A stretch of DNA of 64,000 nt from an uncultured Candidatus Saccharibacteria bacterium (GTDB lineage: Bacteria; Patescibacteriota; Minisyncoccia; Phycocordibacterales; UBA5272), in assembly GCA_964491805.1 (NCBI GenBank), contig CAZBGU010000001.1:91023-155022 (forward strand), written 5' to 3'. Shown here piece after piece: positions 1-10,102 of this stretch. The translations under genes were made by a program, and so were the position numbers. Position 1 is the first letter of the stretch; each line of letters begins with the position of its first letter. Under the pieces are notes generated by a model. That model was not told the origin of the DNA and made no database searches. It saw only the letters and a list, made by a program, of their open reading frames with translations.

Positions 1-37
1 GGATATTAAAACCACTGTTTCTCTGATTGATTTAAGC

Positions 38-1534
38 ATGAAAGGGTCTTACCCTAAAGAGCTTGAAACAATAGCAAAAACCCTTTTAGAAAAGATACTT
101 GTTTATTTTATTACAGATGGTTACACACCACCTATCATTACTCTTGAGGACGAAGACGGAAAAAGTATTATATTAAACAATCTCGCAAAGAATTCCCAAG
201 AAATTGTTCCCTTAGAGGAGGTCTCTTTCGATTTGTTTAATCTTCAAGTTCAAGAAAAGTTTACTCTTAAAATATTTAAAGTATTTTCTCCAGGAAACCA
301 AAATAGTAAAATTATCTTTACAGCAGATAAGAGAGAGGTTATAGACACATCTTTACATGACTATATTCCTGAATTTCAGGATGAGTTTTGTGAACAAACA
401 GAGGGTAAAGATATCAAAAACAATTTTATTATTAAGGCGTACCTTTTAGGTTCTTATTTAGACAGAACAGTAACAGTAGAAAGAGAAAGTTTTTTGTTTG
501 AAAAAGATAAAGAATTATTCCATCCATTCTCTCGTTGTGATATTGAAGAAAAATGTGTAAGTCTTATTGAGGAGAAATTTTCAAATGAGTTAGGTAGCAG
601 AAGAGAAAAGAAAATTCAAAAAGTAGACACCTTTTTAGAAGAACATCCTTGGTATAAAGATCTGAAACAGGATATAAATTGGAATGAAATACCAATGAAT
701 CCAACAAATGAAGAGATTGATTCAGCTGTACATAAAATTAGTTACAAAAAAGAAAAGGTTGCAAAAATTGAGATAAGTAAAATCTTAAAAGACTTTGATA
801 AAGACATACCTATAAAAATCGAGTCTGTTTTTTCCGCTATTAATACTATTAAAAAAAGTGAGCTAGCCCATTATATTTCTCTTAGAAGGGTTTTCTTAGA
901 TGTTTTTAAACGTGCTTTAAATATTGATGATGATAGCAAAAAACACGAAAAGGAAGAATTGTTACATAGTATAATTTTCCCAACAAAAAATGACTCCGAT
1001 AGAGTTTCTTTTGATGAGCATAATCTTTGGATTTTAGATGAAAGATTAAACTTCGTTGAGTACTTAAGATCAGATATGCCTTTAAGTGAAGAAGTTAAAC
1101 AAAGACCTGATATTCTTGCTTTTGATCATAGAATTGCTTTCAGAGGAGGAGATGAGCCTAGTAATCCAATTACAATTTTTGAATTTAAAAGACCAATGAG
1201 GGATGATTTTACCAATAAGTCTTCAGATGAAGATCCTTATGATCAGGTTGTTGGCTACGTTGAAGCAATAAGAGAGGGTAAATTTAAAACACCAGAAAAT
1301 CGTCCAATCAATGTTGGAGAAAATACCCCTTATTATGCATATATAATCGCTGATAAAACTTCAAAAGTAGAAAAGTGGCTTGAGAAAAATGATTTTAAAC
1401 CTTTGCCAGATAATCAAAAATGGTTTAAGTGGCACACTAAATATAATCTTTATGTTGAATTTATAAGTTGGGATCAGTTGCTAAAAGATGCTGAATTAAG
1501 AAACTCTATATTCTTTAACAAACTGGGTATTTAA
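38..1534 (+). CDS. hypothetical protein with C-terminal PD-(D/E)xK-type nuclease motif (HsdR N-terminal-domain-like)
   Basis: 498-aa ORF. C-terminal segment DILAFDHRIAFRGG...ITIFEFKRP fits the D...E-x-K signature of type I R-subunit N-terminal nuclease domains. Stop lies 11 nt before the next gene on the same strand. Confidence 0.5.
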   Translation: MKGSYPKELETIAKTLLEKILVYFITDGYTPPIITLEDEDGKSIILNNLAKNSQEIVPLEEVSFDLFNLQVQEKFTLKIFKVFSPGNQNSKIIFTADKREVIDTSLHDYIPEFQDEFCEQTEGKDIKNNFIIKAYLLGSYLDRTVTVERESFLFEKDKELFHPFSRCDIEEKCVSLIEEKFSNELGSRREKKIQKVDTFLEEHPWYKDLKQDINWNEIPMNPTNEEIDSAVHKISYKKEKVAKIEISKILKDFDKDIPIKIESVFSAINTIKKSELAHYISLRRVFLDVFKRALNIDDDSKKHEKEELLHSIIFPTKNDSDRVSFDEHNLWILDERLNFVEYLRSDMPLSEEVKQRPDILAFDHRIAFRGGDEPSNPITIFEFKRPMRDDFTNKSSDEDPYDQVVGYVEAIREGKFKTPENRPINVGENTPYYAYIIADKTSKVEKWLEKNDFKPLPDNQKWFKWHTKYNLYVEFISWDQLLKDAELRNSIFFNKLGI

Positions 1535-1545
1535 TTTAAAAAAAT

Positions 1546-4341
1546 ATGACAACACAATCCGAACAACAACTTGAAGAAACTTTGATTGAACAACTAAAAG
1601 GGTTAGGATTTTCTGTTGTCACAATTGCAGATAAAGATTCATTACAACAGAATTTAAAAGTTCAACTTGAGAAGTTTAATAAAATAACTTTTTCAGATTC
1701 TGAGTTTACAAAAATACTAAATCATTTAAATAAGGGTGACAGGTTCCAGAAAGCAAAGACACTACGTGACCGATTTGTATTAACACGAGATGACGAAAGT
1801 ACTTTTTATATACGTTTCTTTAATATGGATATGTGGTGTCAGAATGAGTATCAAGTAACCCACCAAGTTACTCAAATTGGTAAATATGAAAACCGCTACG
1901 ATGTAACCCTCCTTATTAATGGTCTTCCTCTTGTCCAGGTTGAGCTCAAGCGTCGTGGTATAGAAATGAAAGAAGCTTTTAATCAGATACAAAGATATCA
2001 CAAACATTCGTTTACTGGAACGCTCTTTGAATATATACAAATCTTCGTTATTTCTAATGGAGTAAATACAAAATACTTTTCTAATAATCCAAAGCAATCA
2101 TTCGAACAGACTTTTTACTGGACTGATAAAGAAAATAGAAAGATATCAAATCTAGATGAGTTCGCAAGTGCTTTTCTTGAGAAATGTACAGTATCAGAAA
2201 TGATTGCTGAGTATATTGTTCTTGCTGAAGCTAAACAAATACCGATGACACTTCGTCCGTATCAGTACTATGCTGTAAAAGCAATTGAGGAACGAGTAAG
2301 AGAGTCAGACAAGAATGGTTATATATGGCACACAACAGGATCAGGAAAGACACTTACTTCATTTAAAGCAAGTCAGATACTTTCACAAATACCAGAAGTT
2401 AAGAAAGTGCTTTTTGTGGTAGATAGAAAAGATTTAGATATTCAAACAACAAAAGAATTCAACTCATTCTCTGATGGTTCGGTAGACGGAACAGATAATA
2501 CAATTAGTTTGGTAAATCAACTTAAAGATACAAATAGAAAGTTAATTGTAACTACTATTCAAAAACTTGATATTGCGATTGGTAGAGATAATTACTTACA
2601 ACAGTTTGAATATCTAGCAAATGAGAAGGTTGTAGTGATATTTGATGAATGTCATAGAAGTCAGTTCGGACAGACACATGCTCGCATTAAAGCATTCTTT
2701 AAGAGGGCTCAATTATTTGGTTTTACTGGTACACCAATCTTTGCAGAAAATAATGTGGGAGGAGTAACCACGGCAGATGTGTTCAGTGAATGTCTCCATA
2801 AGTACATTATCACTAATGCTATATCTGATAATAACGTACTTGGTTTTGCTGTTGAGTATGTTGGTAAATATACACAGAAAAGTCCAGATACATTGGACGC
2901 TGATATTTTTGCTGAAACATTAGTTACAGGAATAGATACAAAAGAAGTTCTTGAAAGTTCTGATCGTCTTAATAAGATTACTGACTATGTACTTGCAGAT
3001 TGGAAGAGAAAGACAAAGCAGGGAAAGTTCAATGCTGTATTCGCTGTGTCTTCGGTTGAAGTACTTAAGAAGTATTACACTCTTTTAAAAGATAAGAAGT
3101 CAGAAGATTTTAAAATTGCTACTATTTTCACATATCAAGCAAATGAAGACGAGAGTTCAGATATTCTAGATGTCGATGTATTCGGTGAAGGGTCTACAGT
3201 TAATCAACACTCGAGAGAGTTTTTGGAAGAATGTATCAAAGATTATAATAAAGAATTTTCTACAAACTTTTCTACTGACAGATTCTATGATTATTACAAA
3301 GATTTGCAAAAGAGAATTAAGAGTAAGGAAGTAGACCTCGTTCTTGTGGTCAACATGTTCTTGACTGGTTTTGATAGTCCATTGTTAAATACTTTGTATG
3401 TAGATAAGAATTTACGTTACCACGGACTTATACAAGCGTATTCAAGAACAAATAGATTACTTAATTCTGACAAGCCACATGGTAACATTGTTTCATTTAG
3501 AAACTTGAAAGAAGCAACAGATAAAGCTCTTGCACTCTTTGGTGATGAAAATGCAAAAGAAGTTGTATTTAAGAAGCCATATGAAGACCAGAAGAAAGAG
3601 TTTGAAAATAAGTTAACAGAATTGAAGGAAAAAGTGCCAACACTTGAATCTATTGATTTGTTACAAGGTGAAGAAGAAAAAGCAGGATTTGTAAAAACAT
3701 TCCGTGACCTACTTCGTATTAAATCTTCACTCGAAACATTTGCAGAATTTTCTTTTAGCGATCTTGGGATTTCAGAACAAGAGTTTTATGACTATCAAAG
3801 TAAGTATTTGGATATTTATGAAGAACGTAAGAACTACGAAAGTGAGGCAGAATCTATATTGGATCAGATTGATTTTGAAATTGAATTAACCGTTAGAGAC
3901 GTTATTAACTTTGATTATATTATTCATTTAATTGCAGGGCTTAAGAATATTACTTCTGATACTGTTCGAGAAAAGAAGACAGAAGAAATCTTACGTCTAT
4001 TTGATAGAGATGTTCAGTTAAGAAAGAAGAAGGATCTTATCAAGAAGTTTATCGAAGAGAATTTGCCAAAGATTGTTGAGGGTGGGGATGTTGAAAAAGC
4101 TTTCGCAGATTTCTGGACAAGTGAAAGATCTGAAAAGTTAAAAGAGATTGCTATTTCTGAAAATATCTCGGTAGAGAAAATTGAAAAATTGGTTGGTGAA
4201 TATTTGTATACAGAGAGATTGCCTTCTGGGCAAGAGATTGTTGATTTGTTACCTGAAGCACCAAAGATTTTAGAAAGACAAGGAATTATAGATCGTATTA
4301 AGGGTGCAATTGAAGATGTTGTAGATATGTTTGAATGGTAG
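1546..4341 (+). CDS. hsdR: type I restriction enzyme R-subunit-like helicase-nuclease (HsdR family), orphan
   Basis: 931 aa. N-terminal nuclease motif [21 protein letters not shown]; SF2 helicase motif I TGSGKTLT and motif [10 protein letters not shown]; LRPYQ segment. No hsdM/hsdS in the window. Confidence 0.7.
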   Translation: MTTQSEQQLEETLIEQLKGLGFSVVTIADKDSLQQNLKVQLEKFNKITFSDSEFTKILNHLNKGDRFQKAKTLRDRFVLTRDDESTFYIRFFNMDMWCQNEYQVTHQVTQIGKYENRYDVTLLINGLPLVQVELKRRGIEMKEAFNQIQRYHKHSFTGTLFEYIQIFVISNGVNTKYFSNNPKQSFEQTFYWTDKENRKISNLDEFASAFLEKCTVSEMIAEYIVLAEAKQIPMTLRPYQYYAVKAIEERVRESDKNGYIWHTTGSGKTLTSFKASQILSQIPEVKKVLFVVDRKDLDIQTTKEFNSFSDGSVDGTDNTISLVNQLKDTNRKLIVTTIQKLDIAIGRDNYLQQFEYLANEKVVVIFDECHRSQFGQTHARIKAFFKRAQLFGFTGTPIFAENNVGGVTTADVFSECLHKYIITNAISDNNVLGFAVEYVGKYTQKSPDTLDADIFAETLVTGIDTKEVLESSDRLNKITDYVLADWKRKTKQGKFNAVFAVSSVEVLKKYYTLLKDKKSEDFKIATIFTYQANEDESSDILDVDVFGEGSTVNQHSREFLEECIKDYNKEFSTNFSTDRFYDYYKDLQKRIKSKEVDLVLVVNMFLTGFDSPLLNTLYVDKNLRYHGLIQAYSRTNRLLNSDKPHGNIVSFRNLKEATDKALALFGDENAKEVVFKKPYEDQKKEFENKLTELKEKVPTLESIDLLQGEEEKAGFVKTFRDLLRIKSSLETFAEFSFSDLGISEQEFYDYQSKYLDIYEERKNYESEAESILDQIDFEIELTVRDVINFDYIIHLIAGLKNITSDTVREKKTEEILRLFDRDVQLRKKKDLIKKFIEENLPKIVEGGDVEKAFADFWTSERSEKLKEIAISENISVEKIEKLVGEYLYTERLPSGQEIVDLLPEAPKILERQGIIDRIKGAIEDVVDMFEW

Positions 4342-4342
4342 A

Positions 4343-5668
4343 TTAACCTAAAGTAATTACTTTGTTCTTTAAAAGAATCTTACTTTTAAAACATCCTAGT
4401 AGTTCTCTCTTTTCTATATCACTTCCTTCTTTAAGAATATATTTAGCGTAGTTACGAATATCTACGTCCTTAATCTTAATTTGCTTTGTATCTCCTAAAA
4501 CGCTCCTTTGGAAGCTCTTAATTCTCTCAACTTCAGTTCGTATCTTTTCTTTCATTCCTATCTCATCTAGGTCAATTTTGTCTAGTAATTCTTGGAACTG
4601 TTTTATGAGTTCATCTTCGTTGGTATAACCACATTTACAGTTCTTATCTTTCGACTTTGTACATGCATAATATACGTAACGATGAACATTTCCATTTTGT
4701 TGTTTCTTTATCTTTTCATCGGCTGTAATACCAGAACCACATAGCCCACAAGTCATTAATTTAGTAAAAGCAAATTCTCTGTTATTAAATTCTGTTCTTG
4801 TAACTTGTCTTGTTAATTGAGATTGCACCTGATCATAGAGTTCTTTGGTAATGAGTGGTTTATGACTACCTTTATACCAGTTACCACTTTTTCTTGGATA
4901 CTCAAATTCTCCATAGTAAAAAGTATTCTTTAAAAGTAAATTAATGTTTCCTAAACTAAGGTGTTTCTTTCCGTATGAAGTTCTAAAATTAAGATCGAAT
5001 TTAAGCCAGTGGTAAACCTTTAAGCAACTCCATTTATCATAAGCAATCTTTTCAAACATTTCCTTGATAATGTGACCTCTATCTGGATCAATATACGTCT
5101 GACATTTTCTGTCCATTCTATTTTCTTTTAAATATCCAGTAGGGGCTGGGCATGGCCATAAACCCATCTCTACTCTTGTTCTTAATCCTCGTTTTACATT
5201 TACACTTTTGTTATCATTCTCTAGTTTTGCTTGAGAACATAAAATCATTAGTAAAAACTTTTCATTAGGTGAATTACTAAATGTTTGTCCATATGTTCGT
5301 ATTTGAAAAAGTAATTGTTGATCCATAAGATCTACTATTGAACCTAAGTCACCTGCATTTCTACTAATTCTTGAAGCGTCCCATGCTAAGATTCCATTAA
5401 ACCTTCCTCTTTTAATATCTTCTAGTATTTCTTTAAAAACTGGTCGTTGTCCTGAATCTTTAGCAGAATGAGATTCTCGTCTAATATCTACTATTTCAAG
5501 ACCTTCTCTTTCTGCTAATCTAAGCATTTCTTTAATTTGAGAATCAATAGATAAGATTTGTCTTTCTTCTGATTCAGTACTTTTTCTACTATACAAAACG
5601 TACTTCATTTTTTGAACTGGTAAAGCCGTCATATTACCCATAAGCCCAAATGTTTGTTGTTGTTCCAT
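4343..5668 (-). CDS. large serine recombinase (resolvase/invertase-type integrase)
   Basis: 441 aa. N-terminal resolvase catalytic region with YSRKST Ser motif, recombinase domain, C-terminal Cys-rich zinc-ribbon (CGLCGSG...YYAC). Confidence 0.85.
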   Translation of the reverse strand: MEQQQTFGLMGNMTALPVQKMKYVLYSRKSTESEERQILSIDSQIKEMLRLAEREGLEIVDIRRESHSAKDSGQRPVFKEILEDIKRGRFNGILAWDASRISRNAGDLGSIVDLMDQQLLFQIRTYGQTFSNSPNEKFLLMILCSQAKLENDNKSVNVKRGLRTRVEMGLWPCPAPTGYLKENRMDRKCQTYIDPDRGHIIKEMFEKIAYDKWSCLKVYHWLKFDLNFRTSYGKKHLSLGNINLLLKNTFYYGEFEYPRKSGNWYKGSHKPLITKELYDQVQSQLTRQVTRTEFNNREFAFTKLMTCGLCGSGITADEKIKKQQNGNVHRYVYYACTKSKDKNCKCGYTNEDELIKQFQELLDKIDLDEIGMKEKIRTEVERIKSFQRSVLGDTKQIKIKDVDIRNYAKYILKEGSDIEKRELLGCFKSKILLKNKVITLG

Positions 5669-6006
5669 ATTATATTAATGACAGAACCAAAAACCCTGCA
5701 TAGTCTATGCAGAACTAAAAAAGGCGACATTGTGAGAGATTTATTTGTCTATAAAAATGCCTTAGCAAAAGACCTTTTATGCGATATAATAGATCAATTA
5801 ATACAAGAGTATTAAGAAGAAAAATTTGCAGTAGCCTAACCCTTTAGTTCCTAGACCTAGAGGTATGGTGAAAAAACCAGTCGAGGATAAACAACCCATC
5901 ATGTGGGATTTACCTTGACTGGTCGTATCTGGAAACGGATATGGATGGCGCAAGCTGTCACTCACGTGGTGGGCTTTTTGTGTCTTAAAAAACCAGTCAA
6001 AAAAAT

Positions 6007-6942
6007 ATGTATAACGAAAATAAATTAGGTACGTTAAAGAAAGTTGAATTAAGAGAAGCCTGGAAACATGAAGCTAATGATTTCACTAAGTGGTTAGCTC
6101 TGGAAGAAAACTTAAGACTTCTTGGTGATGAAATTGGTTTTGATATTAAACTAATACAAACAGAAGCAAGCGTAGGAAGTTTTAATGTAGACATTCTAGC
6201 CGAAGAAGAAAATACTGGTCATAAAATAATTATTGAAAATCAACTCGAAGTAACCAACCATGATCATTTAGGTAAACTTGTTACGTACGCTTCAGGATAT
6301 GATGCGAAAGTAATAGTGTGGACAGTTAAAGATGTTAGAGAAGAACATCGACAAGCGATAGACTGGTTAAATGAACATACTGATGAAGATATAGAATTTT
6401 ATTTAATACGAATTGAATTATGGCAAATTGGAGATTCAGCCTTTGCTCCAAAATTTGAAGTAATATCAAAACCAAATGACTGGACTAAAGCAGTAAGAAA
6501 TTCCACTGATATAGCTGAACTTACAGACACTAAAGTTAAGCAGTTAGAATTTTGGAACTTACTTAAAGATTATGCAAAACAAAGTTACCCGAAAATAAGG
6601 TTACAGAAAACATATCCAAAGCATTGGACTAATATAAGTATTGGTAATAGTGGTGCATATATTTCTCTTACGATAAACTCAAGAGAAAATCTTTTTGGTA
6701 CAGAGTTATATGTTCCAGATAACAAGGAATTATATAAACAACTAGCAGATCATAAAGATGAAATCGAGAATGAGTTAGGAGAACAAGTTGAATGGATGGA
6801 GTTACAAGAAAAGAAAGCTAGTAGAATAAAAGTCTCTAGATCTGGTAACTTTGAGCAGACCGAAAAGTGGGAAGAATATTTTGAATGGATGCTTAAAGAA
6901 ACTGAGAAGTTTCAAAGAGTATTTCCTAGGTATTTGAAGTAG
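6007..6942 (+). CDS. hypothetical protein, putative DUF4268-like family (family assignment from memory)
   Basis: 311 aa. Internal motif ENQLEVTNHDHLGKLVTY. Soluble protein of a kind often found in defence/mobile islands. Confidence 0.45.
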   Translation: MYNENKLGTLKKVELREAWKHEANDFTKWLALEENLRLLGDEIGFDIKLIQTEASVGSFNVDILAEEENTGHKIIIENQLEVTNHDHLGKLVTYASGYDAKVIVWTVKDVREEHRQAIDWLNEHTDEDIEFYLIRIELWQIGDSAFAPKFEVISKPNDWTKAVRNSTDIAELTDTKVKQLEFWNLLKDYAKQSYPKIRLQKTYPKHWTNISIGNSGAYISLTINSRENLFGTELYVPDNKELYKQLADHKDEIENELGEQVEWMELQEKKASRIKVSRSGNFEQTEKWEEYFEWMLKETEKFQRVFPRYLK

Positions 6943-7345
6943 GTTTTGTTTCCTTCTTTTTGTCCTGCACCCAACCTTCAATCCACTTATCTACTTCTTT
7001 TTCAGCTTTCAACATTTCTAGTTTATGTTCTTCTTCGAGTAGGTTTACTTCTCTTCTAATGATGAATGGTTTCCTATACTCTCTGTGTCTATGACTTAAC
7101 CAATAGGTAGTAGCTCTCATTTCTCCTTTTTTGATTCCATTTAAGATATTACTTTCGGCATGATCATTAACAAAATCAATTCCGTTATCAAGACACTCTT
7201 TTACTGCTAAAGAAAAATCAATATCTTCATCTAACCACCTGTAGTATGTATTTCTTGATATTCCAACTTTCTCGCAGGCATGTTGGATGATAGGAGTTTT
7301 CATAAGCTCCTCAAGGAACTTTGTCTTTACTCTATGCTTCTTCAT
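6926..7345 (-). CDS. phage-related helix-turn-helix protein (terminase small subunit-like)
   Basis: 139 aa. HTH segment GISRNTYYRWL; basic/acidic C-terminus. Adjacent to the ParB-methylase gene. Confidence 0.4.
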   Translation of the reverse strand: MKKHRVKTKFLEELMKTPIIQHACEKVGISRNTYYRWLDEDIDFSLAVKECLDNGIDFVNDHAESNILNGIKKGEMRATTYWLSHRHREYRKPFIIRREVNLLEEEHKLEMLKAEKEVDKWIEGWVQDKKKETKPTSNT

Positions 7346-8607
7346 AAATGTTCAACTACTGGTTTTCTGCCTGTCAGCCTAAAATAGCGGAGCGAAATTA
7401 AATCACAAAATGCTGGCTCTAACTCACAGCCGTATACCTTCCGACCAAGGGCTTCAGCACATAAAATGCTACTACCTGATCCAAGGAAGCTATCTAGAAT
7501 AATATCATTTATCTTGGTACATCTTTTGATTGCTTTCTCATGAAGTTGTGGAGGTTTTGATGTTGCATGTTCATAATCTTTTGATGATAATCTTTTTTCC
7601 ATCCAAATATCATTTATGTCATCAAATAACTGATTTCCAGTGCCTACTTCCTTATTCATGACTTCGTTAAGACTAGTTACCGATTCTGTAAGATATGGTT
7701 TACCTCGAGTACCATATACCACAGGTTCGTATGCTTTATTAAAAGCAACTTTAGGAACAGGGTTCTGTGAATTTTTTATCCATAAGCATACACGTTTATT
7801 ATTAATCCCAAGGGAACGATATAGTTCTTGTACTACTCCAATGTAAACTTGGTCACACCAATAGAATACATGAGTGTCTTTGTTTGATACCGATAAAGCA
7901 CATTCCATGCTCTTTTTTAGAAATGTTTTATATTCATCAAAAGTACGAGTATCGTTAACATTTCCTCCGTAGTCTTTTTTACCACCAATTCCACCGTCAT
8001 AGTTAATGTTTATGTTGTACACGGGATCAGAGTAAATCATTGACACTTTCTCTTTACCAAGTAGTCTTTTTAAAACATTAGGATCAGTAGAATCTCCACA
8101 GATAACTTTATGATTACCGAGGTGAATAATGTCGCCAAGCTTAGTCTTTGGTTTCTTTATCTTCTTAAGTTCTTCTTCGACGTTAAAATCATCATCGACA
8201 ACGTCTTTTTCTTCGTCTAACATTTCGCTAAGTTCAATATCATTGAACCCTGCGAAGGAGAGGGTTTCAACATCAAAGGACTTTAGTAACTCAAAATCCC
8301 AGTCACCACCAAGTTTGTTAGAGGCGATTAGATACTCTTTAGATTCTTTTTCTGTTAGTTTGCGGTTAGGTACACGAACGTCAATTAATTCTCCACCACG
8401 ACTAAGAAGTTGTAATGCTTTAATACGTTGATGACCTGCTAGTATTTTTCCATCTAAATCAATAGCAGGGACTTCTACTAGATTGAATTTCTTTAGACTT
8501 CTTGTAAGATCCGACATTTGCTTGTCGGTAATGACACGAGGATTTACATCCTGAGGAATAAGGTTGTTAACTGTTTTTTGGACAGTGGACCAGTTTAGTT
8601 TTAGCAT
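7342..8607 (-). CDS. ParB-like nuclease domain fused to DNA (N6-adenine/N4-cytosine) methyltransferase
   Basis: 421 aa. N-terminal ParB/Srx-like region (GHQRIKA). C-terminal MTase motif IV SDPVYN (DPPY-type) and motif I FLGSGSS. Architecture typical of phage orphan methylases. Confidence 0.8.
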   Translation of the reverse strand: MLKLNWSTVQKTVNNLIPQDVNPRVITDKQMSDLTRSLKKFNLVEVPAIDLDGKILAGHQRIKALQLLSRGGELIDVRVPNRKLTEKESKEYLIASNKLGGDWDFELLKSFDVETLSFAGFNDIELSEMLDEEKDVVDDDFNVEEELKKIKKPKTKLGDIIHLGNHKVICGDSTDPNVLKRLLGKEKVSMIYSDPVYNININYDGGIGGKKDYGGNVNDTRTFDEYKTFLKKSMECALSVSNKDTHVFYWCDQVYIGVVQELYRSLGINNKRVCLWIKNSQNPVPKVAFNKAYEPVVYGTRGKPYLTESVTSLNEVMNKEVGTGNQLFDDINDIWMEKRLSSKDYEHATSKPPQLHEKAIKRCTKINDIILDSFLGSGSSILCAEALGRKVYGCELEPAFCDLISLRYFRLTGRKPVVEHL

Positions 8608-8891
8608 AAGCTACAATGAAAAAATTAGTTGTTAATTTTGTCATTTGTAAACTTGTTTATCTTAATCTAATACTGAATCCTATAACCTCCACTTCTTTAG
8701 CATAGCAGTATCAAGTATAAAATGTCAAAGTACAACATAAAAGTAAAGTGTAAAGAGGTTCTTAATTAGATACTAAAGTACTGTCACTTTTGTCACTTTT
8801 TATAGCCACTCGAGGAGCGTCGTTTTAGAAAAATTAAAATGTTAAAAATAACCTTACAGGTCTTATCATCAAAAGGTTCTAAATCGAGGAT

Positions 8892-8944
8892 GCCCGCATA
8901 TGTAAAATACCAGACTTCAAGTCTGGTATTTTACATATGCGGGC
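8892..8944. repeat. perfect 26-bp-arm palindrome (hairpin with 1-nt centre)
   Basis: GCCCGCATATGTAAAATACCAGACTT c AAGTCTGGTATTTTACATATGCGGGC read directly from the sequence. Confidence 0.9.
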
Positions 8945-9061
8945 CCACAGCACATGACCTGCGTCGTGTGTGTGGGGAATCGAATGGGGGCCGAGGAGTC
9001 TCCTGTTTCGAGCGAAGCGAGAAACGAGACGAGGTGGCCGATTCCTCGTGGGCCCGCCACA

Positions 9062-9097
9062 TACAAAATCCGCAAGCAAGTGCTTGCGGATTTTGTA
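9062..9097. repeat. 17-bp-arm palindrome
   Basis: TACAAAATCCGCAAGCA ag TGCTTGCGGATTTTGTA. Lies in a GC-rich segment, and the flanking GCGGGCCCAC (8939-8948) and GTGGGCCCGC (9049-9058) are complementary. Confidence 0.85.
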
Positions 9098-9215
9098 GTA
9101 TAGTTGGGTCAATAGCGAGAAATTGGCATCTAGTCTTAGATCGTATGGATCATTGGTGCACATGATCAGTAATGTAATGAAATGTAATTTCAATAAAAGT
9201 TTGCCCTCTTAGTTA

Positions 9216-10085
9216 CTACCTCTCGAGCACTTTGAAGCTGCCGTTTTTCTGGTCAATTGTTATCGTGAAGACTTCTTTGAATTCCTCTGGCAGACGTATG
9301 AAGTGCGAAGCTTCCATATCTTCGATTGATTGTGGATATTTCCTATTTTTTTCTTTATAAGCAAGGATGCCTTTTTCTATCATGCTGTAAATAAGGTCCT
9401 CTTGTAACCCTTTCGCAACAATTTTCTTTGTGGTTTCATTGTCTGTAGAGTTATAGATTACCTTGAGTAGACTGCGAGCTATACGTGCATCTTCATCACT
9501 ACGTATTGGCTTAGGACTGTTCCTTCCTGCGATGGTTGAATATACAAGATAGACTCCGTCAGGGGCGCTCTTCTTGGTCGACGCAATGGCAAGGTATGAT
9601 TCTGCTGGTTCATAGTTTCGTGTAAAAAGATAGTACTGTGTTCCAAGATAAAAAGGGATTTGCCACCCATCTCGGATTGATTGAATACCGTTTTTTGAAA
9701 TCTTTGCAATGTCATCTAAGGTGGAGACGTTTTTATTTTGTGGAATTGCAAGGATAGCAAAGAGATATGGATATTCAAATCGCGGATCGAGTGTTGTGAT
9801 ATTTTTGAAGTAACTTATATAAAAACTTTCCTTTCCATTCCATGCTACGAAATCTTGGATGGCACGGATCCAGTACATATCCGACAGAATATTGTTAAAA
9901 CCAAAAGAGATATAGGGAAGGATCTGTGGTGGTAGCAGGTTACGCTTCGCGAGTTTGAGTTTTGTTGTGAATGGCGGACCAAGACGATCATGACTAACTT
10001 GAATGAAGGTAATGACTCCAATAAGTGAAAGTATGAGCACGCCTGTAAGTGCTGCGTGTGGTCTTGTTGGAGTTGTAGAGTTCAT
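9216..10085 (-). CDS. hypothetical membrane-anchored protein (last gene of ABC transporter operon)
   Basis: 289 aa. N-terminal TM helix. Co-directional and tightly spaced with the ABC-2 permease and ATPase genes. Confidence 0.5.
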   Translation of the reverse strand: MNSTTPTRPHAALTGVLILSLIGVITFIQVSHDRLGPPFTTKLKLAKRNLLPPQILPYISFGFNNILSDMYWIRAIQDFVAWNGKESFYISYFKNITTLDPRFEYPYLFAILAIPQNKNVSTLDDIAKISKNGIQSIRDGWQIPFYLGTQYYLFTRNYEPAESYLAIASTKKSAPDGVYLVYSTIAGRNSPKPIRSDEDARIARSLLKVIYNSTDNETTKKIVAKGLQEDLIYSMIEKGILAYKEKNRKYPQSIEDMEASHFIRLPEEFKEVFTITIDQKNGSFKVLER

Positions 10086-10102
10086 GGTGAGAATGTCAAC
10101 GG

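Larger units (their letters stand above)
4343..8607. mobile_element. putative integrated phage/mobile-element remnant (serine recombinase, DUF4268-like, TerS-like HTH protein, ParB-methyltransferase)
   Basis: Cluster of phage-typical genes on both strands, bounded on the right by a GC-rich palindromic intergenic element (8608-9215). Confidence 0.5.

Noticed and set aside
1780-2097. 105-aa minus-strand ORF inside the hsdR-like gene, and similar antisense ORFs inside uvrB, pheT, atpA, atpD and smc
   Set aside because: They are fully embedded antisense to well-supported conserved genes and are AT-rich chance frames.
8960-9000. tRNA/tmRNA-like T-arm GGGGAATCGAATGGGGG
   Set aside because: The flanking G-runs are not complementary, being GGGG...GGGGG on one strand. 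No acceptor or anticodon arms can be built, so it is not a tRNA-like domain.
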